Positions 20,193 to 30,656 of a stretch of DNA of 64,000 nucleotides are shown here, in pieces. A program made the position numbers and the translations under genes. The DNA is from Promethearchaeota archaeon. GTDB lineage: Archaea; Asgardarchaeota; Lokiarchaeia; Sigyniarchaeales; SOKP01. Positions within the stretch are counted from its first letter, which is position 1; every line of letters begins with the position of its first letter. Below the pieces are notes generated by a model, which had not been told where the DNA came from, did no database searches, and saw only the letters and a list, made by a program, of their open reading frames with translations. The stretch spans positions 32,001 to 96,000 of the forward strand of contig JABXKD010000002.1 in NCBI GenBank assembly GCA_013375475.1. The letters run 5' to 3'.

Positions 20193-21209
20193 TTATATAT
20201 CTTGCGTTTCTATATACCTTTTAATAATTTGTAGAGCAAGCATTTTGAAAGCGTCATTTATGTTCTCTCCCGTCTTAGCAGATGTTTCAATATATATTAA
20301 CTGTAATTTCTCTGCTAGTGATTCCCCCTCTTTGCTTGAAACAACTCTATCTTCTGTTAAATCTATCTTATTCCCTACCAATATAAGTGCGATATTAGGA
20401 GAACTTTTTTTAATCTCGATATACCAATTTTTATCTATACTTTCAAAACTAACTCGATTAGTTACGTCATAGACCAAAATTCCTGCTTCTGCATTTGCTA
20501 AATATGACTGTCTTACCAGTTTGAACTGAGCTTGACCTGCCAAATCCCAAATTACAAACCTAACAGTGCTATCGAGCTCTTCAAAAGAACATTCCTTTTT
20601 CATTATTGAAGTCCCTATTGTAGATTTATAGTCTTTAGCAAAAACATTCTCTACATATCGATGTACCATACTTGTTTTACCAACAGCTCCGTCTCCTCCA
20701 AGAATTAATTTAAAAGCGTATTCCTTAGATTTAATTTTAACTTTTTGAACTTTATCTACTTTTCGCTGGATTTGGTTCCCACCGGGTTCTGAAATTAATT
20801 TAGGAATAACAGGGCTCACAGTTCTTCCATCCATTATACGCGCAATCTTCTCAGCTGCTAAATACGCGTAAGGGAAAACCGCGTCTACTCCTGATAAAGA
20901 ATTTAAAACTGTAACTAGAACAGCTTCTGGTCCAGATTCACAGAATATGAATCTATATTCTTCAGTATCAAATGTACCCGTTCCAAACGATCCTGAACTA
21001 AATTCTTCCGTGATTCTAGTTAATACCGGTTCAACTAAAGCACTTACACCCCCAATGATTTCTTCATCAAGCGATTTTTCTGAAGCCCCTACTAAAGAAT
21101 CCATGATCAAACCGTCTCTATTTACAACAAGCACTGCAACTAAATCTTCACCCAAGCTCTGTTTATACCATTGGAGTAAAGCCATCAACTTTTTTGTATC
21201 AACCGACAT
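20193..21209 (-). CDS. Roadblock/LC7 domain fused to a Rab-like small GTPase
   Basis: N-terminal AVLVVNRDGLIM roadblock pattern; GDGAVGKTS, YKSTIG, WDLAGQ, NKID, ETSAK. Confidence 0.9.
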   Translation of the reverse strand: MSVDTKKLMALLQWYKQSLGEDLVAVLVVNRDGLIMDSLVGASEKSLDEEIIGGVSALVEPVLTRITEEFSSGSFGTGTFDTEEYRFIFCESGPEAVLVTVLNSLSGVDAVFPYAYLAAEKIARIMDGRTVSPVIPKLISEPGGNQIQRKVDKVQKVKIKSKEYAFKLILGGDGAVGKTSMVHRYVENVFAKDYKSTIGTSIMKKECSFEELDSTVRFVIWDLAGQAQFKLVRQSYLANAEAGILVYDVTNRVSFESIDKNWYIEIKKSSPNIALILVGNKIDLTEDRVVSSKEGESLAEKLQLIYIETSAKTGENINDAFKMLALQIIKRYIETQDI

Positions 21210-21472
21210 TCCTTCTCATCTTCGTTTTTCTTGTTAAATCAAAATCTAAACAAACCAATTATATAATTATTTAAAACTTATGAATAAAAATTTTGTTAAA
21301 TAAATACCATTATGAAACTCGCAAATATCTTCTAATAAAGTCAGTGTCTACTCCTTTCACTATTTTCTAATCAAAGAAAATAAAAAAAAAATTTTTTAAT
21401 GGTTCTATTCTTTAATGCTATTAAGTTCAAGAAAATTGATAAAAAACTATCCGCTTTTTATTTAGAATTTTT

Positions 21473-21557
21473 GCAGGAGTTGCCAAGCCTGGTCAACGGT
21501 GCTAGACCGAGGCTCTAGTCTCATAGGAGTTCGAGGGTTCGAATCCCTCCTCCTGCA
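21473..21557 (+). tRNA. tRNA-Leu(GAG)
   Basis: GCAGGAG/CTCCTGC acceptor, A73, CTAGA/TCTAG stem with loop CCGAGGC, long variable arm, GAGGG-TTCGAAT-CCCTC. Confidence 0.9.
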
Positions 21558-21634
21558 TTTTTTATTTTGTCTGTAATTTGCTTTAAGACTAAATAGTATC
21601 AGAGATATAAAAAATAAAACAATATATTAAAAAG

Positions 21635-22861
21635 TTGACATGTATTGAGAAAGTTATGAACACTATTTTAAGCTTAAATATAAATCAAATTGATACCTCA
21701 ATAAATCACGTTAAGGCTTTGGCTTTTTCTCGTTCACCTTCTTCCACGGGAGAAACTAAAGCAGCTTTGTATATCAAAAGTGAGATGAATAACGAGAATA
21801 TAAAATGTAATATGGACTATTTCGCCTTTACTGGAGCTAAAAGGATATTTATGAGGCTTACTTATATTATTTTATTTACTTATCTGATAGTATTTCGTTT
21901 GTTATTAGTTATTGTTGCTTATTTTGCAGTCAAATATGTTTTTCCACGCCTGCGAAATTACTCGTTAGTAGGAAGGGAGGAATCAAAAAATGTAGTTGCA
22001 AAAATTAAATCAGTTAAAAAACAGAAGAAAAAACCAGTTATAATATTAAGCGCCCATTACGATACTTTTTCCGCAAACTTTCCGTATGGCATACAAAAAG
22101 TTTTCTTTTTTTTCTTCAGAATTATTATTATTCCCTATGTCATATTCGCCATACTTATCGCAAACATCGCTTTTTTCCTTAATAGTACAGAAGAGACAAC
22201 TCAATTGATGGTTACTTTTACGCTAATTGAATTTGCTATGACAACAATCATCTTTTTACTTATATACGATAATAACCGTTCTAAGGGGTCTATTGATAAC
22301 GCTAGTGGAGTTGCCATTTTAATTGAACTGGCAAAATTAATTAAAAGGAATCCCCTTGAAAATTACGATGTAATAATATTATGGAGTAGCGCTGAAGAAT
22401 GGGGTTTAAAAGGATCGAAAGCTTATTGTAAGAGTAACCGCGCTTACTTAAGAAAAAAGTATGATTTAAATAGTTCTTTCAATATAAATGTAGATATGGT
22501 GGGATCTTATATAGGACTTGAAACAAAAAGTTCATTGCATTTAAGACGTCGGAAAGCTCCGTTTGACTTAAATAAAAAACTTGAAGAAACCGCAAATGAA
22601 TTGAATATTCCAATAACTGTGTATGATAGAGTTTTAGGATCTAAAGCAGATCACAAAAGTTTCCGATCTTTAGCTAGAAGAACTAAATCATCATTTCAAG
22701 TGGCATACTTTCATTCCGCAAATGATTCTAAATTCATTCATTCCTTTAAAGATACTCCCGATAAATGCAACCCTGAAAATTTGAACGGTTGTATAGAAAT
22801 CTGTTATACATCAATAAGATCCATTGATTCATTATATTCTTCTTCAAAAGAAGTTAGATAA
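21635..22861 (+). CDS. Membrane-inserted M28 family zinc peptidase
   Basis: SAHYD, DNASG, AEEWG, NVDMVG, ADH and FIHS motifs with inserted TM helices. Confidence 0.85.
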   Translation: MTCIEKVMNTILSLNINQIDTSINHVKALAFSRSPSSTGETKAALYIKSEMNNENIKCNMDYFAFTGAKRIFMRLTYIILFTYLIVFRLLLVIVAYFAVKYVFPRLRNYSLVGREESKNVVAKIKSVKKQKKKPVIILSAHYDTFSANFPYGIQKVFFFFFRIIIIPYVIFAILIANIAFFLNSTEETTQLMVTFTLIEFAMTTIIFLLIYDNNRSKGSIDNASGVAILIELAKLIKRNPLENYDVIILWSSAEEWGLKGSKAYCKSNRAYLRKKYDLNSSFNINVDMVGSYIGLETKSSLHLRRRKAPFDLNKKLEETANELNIPITVYDRVLGSKADHKSFRSLARRTKSSFQVAYFHSANDSKFIHSFKDTPDKCNPENLNGCIEICYTSIRSIDSLYSSSKEVR

Positions 22862-25800
22862 TTTCTGTTGCTTTATCTTAGGATTATTAGTAAGACTTTC
22901 GACATATTCTTCTGTTAATTCCATTCTTTGAATTGTATATTCATCTAAATTAAAAGATTTGCATAGTTTCAAAGCTTTAGGGATATATTTTCCGATACCT
23001 CCTCGATTGACTGTCAAAATTACTTTATTACCACATTTTGGACACTTTCCCGCATTTGAAAGTGGTGGACGTGAGAATTTTTCATTACATTTTACACATC
23101 TAAAAGTCTGCATAGCAAATTTTCTTAAATTTCCTAAGATATCAGGGTTGAAATGAGTAGATAAAATCTTTTCAGCAACCTTTTTCTCGTTCACAGCTTT
23201 AATAATTTTTGCAAGGTGCAATTGAGCGTCGATTTTTTCTTCCATTGTAATATAAGTTTTATATGCTGTAGTAATAGGACCTTCGTTAATATTTTTGGTA
23301 GGGATGTTAAAACCAAGATTTATGTATTGATCGATCGTTCCTAATCGTTTTTTTACTAAATTCATTTTATCTTCTATTTCTATGGGCATAACATAGTTCA
23401 GAGTTGCCTCATAAAACTCTAACGGGTATTTATAAAGAGTATCTATATTATGAGCTTCGCTATCTATTTCGTTTGGATCTAATACAGAAGATATTACGAG
23501 GGTAGCGTCCATTCTTCCACCGATTTTACTTGGTAAATAATATCTAGAGAAATTTAGTAGAGGATCTAAAAGAAGCATTACACCATCTTCATCTCCGTCG
23601 CAATTTCTGCGTTTTGCTGCGTGCCAAAATGGATGTGCATATATAGATCTCGCGTGGGTAAAACCAATTATTCTTCCTACAATTCCAGCACTGGTGTGAG
23701 GTGCTAGGCCTACGACTAGATGACCTACAAGATCTTCTCTCGTTCTAACTTGGTAAAACTTATCCATTTTATAAAAATGCTCAAGTTCGTCGTCAATAAA
23801 TTTAGCTACCCTCACGAAATAGTCAGCGCAATCATCTGACAATAGGACATCTTGCACTTGAAGTTCTAGTATCTGATCAGGATTGGTTAAAATGTTATTT
23901 TTAAAATCTTTTTCATATCCTAATTCTATTAATCTTTTTACTGGTGTCTTGATTTCTTTCGGTTTGAAATGAGTTAATGGGATATCAGTAGCATCATAAC
24001 GGATTTCAGCAGTTTTATAGACCATTAATCCATTTTTAGCTCTCAATATTCCCTTAACTATTGGTTCTGGAACTTTAAATTTATTAGTTAAACCAAGAAT
24101 CCCCTTAAATTTACTTGGCAAAGCTAGATTTAGCGAACTTGACATAGATTGTGTATAATTTTTTATGTTAAAGGAAGCTTCTTTAGAAAAATTAAGCAAT
24201 CCCCCGCACTGGTGACATTTTTCTTCGTTTTTAGGATAATATTTATTGCATTTAAGACATATCTTTTGAAATTCTGTATGCGTTCCACAATTAGGACATA
24301 AGTTAAAAGGAGTAATGGTGTCACATTTAGGACATTTCTTTCTACAAATGTCAATTTTTACTTTTTCAAGTTCTACCGCTTTCTCTACTAATCTTGTATT
24401 TCCCACCTTGTCACTAAGTGGAAATAAACTCTGAACGCCTTTCATGCTTTTTCTTTCGGATTTCTCAGGTCGGCCCATTCGAGTTCCCATGAAGATTGGA
24501 GCTTTATTCCTAATTTCTACAGGAGAAAACGCAGAAAAAAGTGTAAAGACATCATCATCTTTAGTTAGATCATGATCTTTTTTATTTTTCAAATCAAATA
24601 TAACTACAAAAATTTCTGTTGTAGGAACATCTAATAATATTTTAGCATCATTAATCGTATGAGAAACAAATGCTTTTTCTAAAATATCCTTAAGTTCTTT
24701 AGTATTTTTTAAACTGATTCTGTTGCTATTCTCGTTATAATTGGAAATCAAAGCTTTTCTTAGAATTAATAATTCTTCCCCTGAGATATTTCCCCAAAAG
24801 TCAATATATTTTGGATGAAGGGGTATATTGTATTTTTTCGCTATATCTAAAGCTTCTATTGTAGAAGGAATATTATTAAAGGGATCTTTTATATATTTAA
24901 CCAGCTCTGCGCTAGGATTTTGTAGACTATGTATCGCTTCCTCTAATTCTAGAGCCCACCATTCTTCTACGTAGCCCGAAGGAACTAATTTATGATTATT
25001 TTCAGAAAATTCACCAAATCCAAAAAGAATATCGCCCAAAAATAGAATTTTTTCTATGTTCTGAAAACATTCTTTTGCCATTTTCATATTTGAAATTTGC
25101 ATTACAGCCCCATTTTTCAACTTTACAATAGGGGGTTCTATTGAACTAACCGGACAGATACTAGCGCTTTTTCCTGGTCTTTCAATTCTTAATTGCGTTC
25201 CAATCGCAATAAAATCATCTAATAACGTCATTGTTATAGGGTTCATACCTGCCGCAGCTAATCCAGTGTTTCGGGATCTTCCATATCGAATTCTATGCCC
25301 ACCAATTTCAGAAGGGTGACTAAATACAGGTCTACCTGCGATAACATCAGAAACATATTTTGAATTAGGAGGAATAACAACCTTACTGTTTTTATCCATG
25401 GTATCAATATTAACTTTCTTTTCACCTTTCTGTGAGATGTCTTTTAATTTCGCTAACCAATCCCAGCCTTCCAAGTTCATGCTTTTTGCAATTTTTAAAA
25501 GTTTTGGAGCTTTGAGAAGAATACCGTCGTTTAGGACTAAGCAAGCACCTCCCCTTATCTTATTTGTTTCGATTCTCGGAAGTTTCCTAAAAGCTGAAAC
25601 TTCTTCATCTTCGGTGGAATCTCCGTTTATTTCCACGGGTAAATGCTCAACAGCAAATCTTATCTCATCATTAGAGGAAGGATATTGTAAATGTACTCGT
25701 CTGTCGTAAAGTTTTACTTCTTCTACGTACCTCCCGATTTCACCTTCAGTTGCTTCATACTTTGGTATATTTGACTTTTTCCTAACATAATCCGCTATTA

Positions 25801-26290
25801 ACACACATAAAGCGGCCGTCGTCCCTCCTGCAGCTCTAATAGGTCCCGCAAAATACAATGACAGATATTTATTGTGGTGGCGATCCTCTCGTATTAAAAT
25901 TTTGGAAATGCCTTCAAGTGGAGCGCTAACAACACCCATCGTTTTTATGGCAAGCCCAACTCGTATTGCTCTCTCAACTCTCTCTTCAAGGGAGTCAATA
26001 TTTCCAATTTTCTGTCCAAGTATGTCAGAAACTACTTGAAATACTATTTCATCTTCAGATTTACCTAAATTTTTTAACCTTCTTATTAATTTAGCTACTC
26101 CTAAAGGGCCCACGAGTTTTTCAACCCTTCCCGCCAAATCTTTAGCTTGAGGAGATTCTACGAAGATTTCAGGATCCAATCCTTTTTGCCGAGCATTTTC
26201 AGCAATTTCGTAACACTCATCTACATCTTTTTGCAAGTTAGAAAAATATTCCTCTGTTTCTTTGCTCATTTCTACCATAATACAGCTCAC
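22844..26290 (-). CDS. polC: DNA polymerase D large subunit DP2
   Basis: FAGPIRAAGGT, RYGRSRNTG, RMGRPEK, KRRNCDGDED, C-terminal PIP box QQKLSNFF. Confidence 0.97.
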   Translation of the reverse strand: MSCIMVEMSKETEEYFSNLQKDVDECYEIAENARQKGLDPEIFVESPQAKDLAGRVEKLVGPLGVAKLIRRLKNLGKSEDEIVFQVVSDILGQKIGNIDSLEERVERAIRVGLAIKTMGVVSAPLEGISKILIREDRHHNKYLSLYFAGPIRAAGGTTAALCVLIADYVRKKSNIPKYEATEGEIGRYVEEVKLYDRRVHLQYPSSNDEIRFAVEHLPVEINGDSTEDEEVSAFRKLPRIETNKIRGGACLVLNDGILLKAPKLLKIAKSMNLEGWDWLAKLKDISQKGEKKVNIDTMDKNSKVVIPPNSKYVSDVIAGRPVFSHPSEIGGHRIRYGRSRNTGLAAAGMNPITMTLLDDFIAIGTQLRIERPGKSASICPVSSIEPPIVKLKNGAVMQISNMKMAKECFQNIEKILFLGDILFGFGEFSENNHKLVPSGYVEEWWALELEEAIHSLQNPSAELVKYIKDPFNNIPSTIEALDIAKKYNIPLHPKYIDFWGNISGEELLILRKALISNYNENSNRISLKNTKELKDILEKAFVSHTINDAKILLDVPTTEIFVVIFDLKNKKDHDLTKDDDVFTLFSAFSPVEIRNKAPIFMGTRMGRPEKSERKSMKGVQSLFPLSDKVGNTRLVEKAVELEKVKIDICRKKCPKCDTITPFNLCPNCGTHTEFQKICLKCNKYYPKNEEKCHQCGGLLNFSKEASFNIKNYTQSMSSSLNLALPSKFKGILGLTNKFKVPEPIVKGILRAKNGLMVYKTAEIRYDATDIPLTHFKPKEIKTPVKRLIELGYEKDFKNNILTNPDQILELQVQDVLLSDDCADYFVRVAKFIDDELEHFYKMDKFYQVRTREDLVGHLVVGLAPHTSAGIVGRIIGFTHARSIYAHPFWHAAKRRNCDGDEDGVMLLLDPLLNFSRYYLPSKIGGRMDATLVISSVLDPNEIDSEAHNIDTLYKYPLEFYEATLNYVMPIEIEDKMNLVKKRLGTIDQYINLGFNIPTKNINEGPITTAYKTYITMEEKIDAQLHLAKIIKAVNEKKVAEKILSTHFNPDILGNLRKFAMQTFRCVKCNEKFSRPPLSNAGKCPKCGNKVILTVNRGGIGKYIPKALKLCKSFNLDEYTIQRMELTEEYVESLTNNPKIKQQKLSNFF

Positions 26291-26546
26291 TTTATCGTTA
26301 CTAAAATACAGTCTATACAGAAAACTAGATACATAAAATTAAATTCTTACTTCGAAAATAAAATATTTTATTAATAGGTTAGTTGAACAGTATTATAAGA
26401 ACTTGGGGAGATTTACAGTTTATAATGAAAGTATGAGAATTGATACACCCTCCTAATACTTAAAAAAATTTGTTTGTTCTTTAATAATAAACAATTTAAT
26501 TGTATCATTTCATAAATATAATAATTCTATTCTGGATAAGAGTGAT

Positions 26547-28310
26547 TTGAAGACCAAGATATCTGAGCAGAAACATGTAATTCTAAAAAAATTAGTTAAT
26601 TCTGGTATTAACATTAGCCCCAAAATGTTAGAGTGTGTGTTAAATCTCGACAATCCGATGAAAAATGTAAACATCCTTATTAAGGAAACTAGCTTTATTC
26701 CTTCATTTAAAAGCCATTTAACGGAAACCGTTGTTAATGAAATATCAAATGAAGAATTACAAAAAGCTTTAAAGCGAGCGTTAACTAAACATCTTTCTCT
26801 GCCTTTGAAAGAAGAAGCTCAAAATAAAATCAATGTTAGCCAAAATGAATCAATTGCAGAAAATTTCAAACAAGAATTTGCTCCAATGAAATTGGGACAA
26901 ATTGTCAATCCTTCCCTACCTGAAAAAATAAAGCATGCTATTCCTAAATCCTCGCCAGTAATAAAAAAACCATCGGAAAAAAAAAAAAAAAAAAATCACG
27001 AATCGACGGTATCAGCTTTTGCGTTTAAGCCTGTTGCAAAGGATTATGATTTTCAAATTGAGATTTTAAGTGATCCTACCGGAAGATTATATACAAACGG
27101 GGGATATGATGATTTTTACGAATTAACACTCGATAAATACAATAAACTCAGAAATCTCATGAGAAAAAGACCCGAAGCAAGCGCAGCAACGAATATTAAT
27201 AATATTTTTAGATTATCAAATAGTGCTGAAATCTCTACAGTAGGTTTAGTAGAAAATGTGCATCAAACAAAAAAAGGGAATTTTTTACTAACTTTAGAGG
27301 ATTTAACTGGAAAAATTAGCGTTTTAATTCAAAATAACTCTGATAATTTGGAATACATCAACATTATTGAGAGAACTTTTAACGATCAAATGCTTTTTGT
27401 CAAGGGTTCATATAACCCTGGTGAAGATGGAAGAAAAGGGATAATTTTTGCCAATTATATTACAAAAATCGATATTCCAACTGATTTTGAACCAAATTTA
27501 TCTCCTGATCCTTTGTCTATTGCATTAATCTCTGACACCCACATCGGTAGTAAAGAATTTGAGGAATATTTATTTAAAAGGTTTCTAACATTTTTGAACG
27601 GGAAGAGTAGTAATAAGATCTTAAGAGATAATGCTGCAAAAATAAAATATCTCGTCATTAATGGTGATTTAATTGATGGTATAGGTATTTATCCAAACCA
27701 AAAAGAAGATTTAATCATATCAGACATATTTAAACAGTTCAAAAAAGCTTCAGAACTATTATCAGAAATTCCCGATTACATTAAGGTGTTTTATGTATCT
27801 GGCAACCACGAACCCGTTAGAAACGCAATACCCCGACCAGCGGTACCCAAAAAATATTGTGAAGAATTAACAAATTTAGGAATTAAATGTTTGGGTAATC
27901 CTTCTCTTATCAAAACACACAATGTTAATACACTGATATACCATGGAGAAAGTATGCATGACATAAATAGATTAATTCATGATTTAGATATTAACAAACC
28001 TATTGAGACCATGAAAGAATTTCTTATTTGTAGACACCTTGCTCCAGTTTTTGGTGAAAAGACACAAATAGCTCCTATAAATAACGATCTACTTGTGTTA
28101 GATAAGATTCCAGATATTCTTCATACCGGACATATTCACATTAATGGAATGGGAAAATATCGGAACGTGACACTAGTTAATTCTGGATGTTTTCAAGCTC
28201 AAACTGATTTTATGAGAAGTTTTGGAATAATCCCTACTCCGGGTATTGTACCGATAATAGAACTTGACTCATTGAACTATTTCCAGTTAGACTTTAAGAA
28301 AATCGATTAA
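26547..28310 (+). CDS. polB: DNA polymerase D small subunit DP1 (proofreading exonuclease)
   Basis: OB fold LEDLTG; SDTHIGS, GDLIDG, GNHE, YHG, HTGHIH phosphoesterase motifs. Confidence 0.95.
   Translation: MKTKISEQKHVILKKLVNSGINISPKMLECVLNLDNPMKNVNILIKETSFIPSFKSHLTETVVNEISNEELQKALKRALTKHLSLPLKEEAQNKINVSQNESIAENFKQEFAPMKLGQIVNPSLPEKIKHAIPKSSPVIKKPSEKKKKKNHESTVSAFAFKPVAKDYDFQIEILSDPTGRLYTNGGYDDFYELTLDKYNKLRNLMRKRPEASAATNINNIFRLSNSAEISTVGLVENVHQTKKGNFLLTLEDLTGKISVLIQNNSDNLEYINIIERTFNDQMLFVKGSYNPGEDGRKGIIFANYITKIDIPTDFEPNLSPDPLSIALISDTHIGSKEFEEYLFKRFLTFLNGKSSNKILRDNAAKIKYLVINGDLIDGIGIYPNQKEDLIISDIFKQFKKASELLSEIPDYIKVFYVSGNHEPVRNAIPRPAVPKKYCEELTNLGIKCLGNPSLIKTHNVNTLIYHGESMHDINRLIHDLDINKPIETMKEFLICRHLAPVFGEKTQIAPINNDLLVLDKIPDILHTGHIHINGMGKYRNVTLVNSGCFQAQTDFMRSFGIIPTPGIVPIIELDSLNYFQLDFKKID
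26977..26995 (+). repeat. 19-nt poly(A) tract in frame in the DP1 linker (EKKKKKN)
   Basis: Counted directly in the sequence. Confidence 0.9.
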
Positions 28311-28381
28311 ATTTATCAAATTAACTAAATAATAGGTGTATTTAAATAAATTTCTCAATCCCGCGCAATAATAATTCTGAA

Positions 28382-29029
28382 ATGATTCTTTATATCTGGA
28401 AAATTATTGAACTTCCATATATATCTACAAGTGATTTAGCCTATAAAATATCTTTCGAACTATTTCTATTCTCCCCTAACGATGCAAAGAAATTCATTAA
28501 GAAGGCAATTCACAACGGTTTCCTAATAGTAGGCGATAATAACAAACTTAGCCTGTCAGATGATTTAGCTCTTGAGTTAAAGAATTGGCATAAAAAAAGA
28601 AGAGTAGAAATTTCAAAAAAAGTCAATAAAACTAAGAGTATAACACAATATTCAGATAAATTTAAAAAAAATGATTCGAATAAGTTCAATATATTATTAA
28701 AAGCTTTTTTAGATACAGGTACTATCAATAGAGCCGTGCTAGTCTCAGATAGTGCTATCACACTCCGTACAATTGAATCTCAAGGTAAAATTATTAAAGC
28801 TGAAGTTCAAGGTTCTCGAAAAATTCCCTATCTTATTGAAATCTCTACTAGTGAAAAGGTTTTAAAACACGATTGTCACGATTTTAAAACCAAAAGAGTT
28901 CAAAATAAAAAATTCTGTAAACACTTAGCCAAATTATTTCTACTACTTAAAGAAAGGGATGAAAAAGGAGCAACTACTCTTCTTGAAAATATAGCTAAAG
29001 ATATTAATAAATGGGAGTTTTTAATCTAA
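28382..29029 (+). CDS. Winged-helix-like N-terminus plus SWIM-type zinc finger protein
   Basis: AEVQGS..PY.I, HDCHDF...KFCKHL. Confidence 0.75.
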   Translation: MILYIWKIIELPYISTSDLAYKISFELFLFSPNDAKKFIKKAIHNGFLIVGDNNKLSLSDDLALELKNWHKKRRVEISKKVNKTKSITQYSDKFKKNDSNKFNILLKAFLDTGTINRAVLVSDSAITLRTIESQGKIIKAEVQGSRKIPYLIEISTSEKVLKHDCHDFKTKRVQNKKFCKHLAKLFLLLKERDEKGATTLLENIAKDINKWEFLI

Positions 29030-30345
29030 ATTAATTTTTTAAAAACGATATTCTTAATCTTAACCTTATCGGTTTGGAGTATTATGGGTTTATAATCTAA
29101 CAATTTATGGTCTTTTATTTTTTTAATTTGGGATAATACTCGTTCTACTACCCCAAGTTCGATATCAAGTGTTATGATTTTTGTTCGCCCGTAATGCCCC
29201 ATTGACCTCGTATTTGCAATAATTATTCCCGATAAAGTTAGTTCGTTAATATAATCGCTAATTCTTCTACGCGATAATTGTTTCAAGCCCGGAATTTTGC
29301 TAGATAGTTCTGAGTGAACTTCGTATATGTCTCCCGATGTGATTACATGTCCTTTGGTAAATCTAGATAATACGTAAATTGCTGTCAGAGTTAATTGGGT
29401 TTGAAGAGGCATTGAAAAGATATATTCAACAATGTGGTCTTTATCTATATCTTTTTGAGCTTTTTCTACATGATTTTCAGTAATTTTCTTACTTTGATTT
29501 CTTTCCGCAATCTCTCCTGCTTTTCTTAATAATTGAAGAGCTCTTCTTGCATCGCCGTGTTCTTTGGCAGCAAAACCTGCACACAACTTCACCACGCCAT
29601 TATCGATGACATCCTCAATAAATGCTATCTCAGCTCTTTGCTTGAGTATTTCTGCCAATTGATTTGCGTTATAAGGATGGAAAACGATAGGCTCCTCTTC
29701 TTCTAAATTAGAACTAACTCTCGAATCTAGGCACTCCATAAATTTCAACTTATTAGATATTCCGATAACACTTGTTCTACATAAGTCTAAATTTTCATTG
29801 AGCCTTGTTAAATTATAGAGGATTTCATTTCCTCCTTTCTTCTCTATTAAAATATCGATTTCATCTAATACAAGAAAACAAATGCTGTTTTTGATAAATT
29901 GATCCAAAAGTCCAAGTAATTTCTTCAGTATAACATCTTTGGGCAAACCAGTTGCGGGAATTTTCTCTTTTCCAACGATTGTATTATAAATATGAGCCAA
30001 AATTCGGTATGGGGTCGATACTACTGTGCAATTGATGTATACCCACCAAGGTGGATTGTTAGTACAGTGTTGAGCTAGTTTTTGAGAAATGTATCTTACA
30101 GTTGCTGTTTTCCCAGTGCCTGTCATCCCGTAGCATAAGAGATTAGGTGGTACATCTCCTTTTAAAGCACACGCTGTTATGCCTGCAATTTTTTCTATCT
30201 CGGAGTTTCGGTGTGGTAGTTCGTTAGGAATAAATGATGGTTCGAGTGCTTCCCTATTTTTAAAAAGTTTTGGACCCGCTAAATAGGTTTGATAAAATTT
30301 ATCAATGTTAAAAGAATACATGCCTTTATCATTTTGATTCGTCAA
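29026..30345 (-). CDS. cdc6: Orc1/Cdc6 replication initiator
   Basis: LPHRNSEI, GMTGTGKT, VLDEID, HGDARRAL, C-terminal winged helix GHYGRT. Confidence 0.96.
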   Translation of the reverse strand: MTNQNDKGMYSFNIDKFYQTYLAGPKLFKNREALEPSFIPNELPHRNSEIEKIAGITACALKGDVPPNLLCYGMTGTGKTATVRYISQKLAQHCTNNPPWWVYINCTVVSTPYRILAHIYNTIVGKEKIPATGLPKDVILKKLLGLLDQFIKNSICFLVLDEIDILIEKKGGNEILYNLTRLNENLDLCRTSVIGISNKLKFMECLDSRVSSNLEEEEPIVFHPYNANQLAEILKQRAEIAFIEDVIDNGVVKLCAGFAAKEHGDARRALQLLRKAGEIAERNQSKKITENHVEKAQKDIDKDHIVEYIFSMPLQTQLTLTAIYVLSRFTKGHVITSGDIYEVHSELSSKIPGLKQLSRRRISDYINELTLSGIIIANTRSMGHYGRTKIITLDIELGVVERVLSQIKKIKDHKLLDYKPIILQTDKVKIKNIVFKKLI

Positions 30346-30368
30346 CGCTTAATCCCACCATATTCATT

Positions 30369-30382
30369 GTTTCCACTCGAAA
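30369..30382 (-). promoter_or_regulatory. ORB-like element just upstream of cdc6
   Basis: Minus strand reads TTTCGAGTGGAAAC, close to the archaeal ORB core TTCCAGTGGAAAC. Confidence 0.65.
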
Positions 30383-30656
30383 TGATCACTAGAATAATAT
30401 TTCGATTCCGCAATATTTAAACTTGATTATTAATCGAAAAACTAAAGATAATTTGTTAAAGCTTTAATATGTTATTCTCAACTTATCAGATTAGCTACTA
30501 TTAGATCGATAGTTTATAATATTATTGTCGGAGCTTTAAAAGATAATTATTTAGGAAGCAATATTATTAAGGGTTTAGTAGAACTAATTATATTTGCAAA
30601 AACTTAATTTCAATCTAAAATTTACCAATCTAATTTTTATAATAATAGGAACTATT

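Noticed and set aside
21473-21557. tRNA-Ser(CGA) reading of the CCGAGGC loop
   Set aside because: The centred anticodon is GAG, and the A73 discriminator and D-loop are Leu-type.
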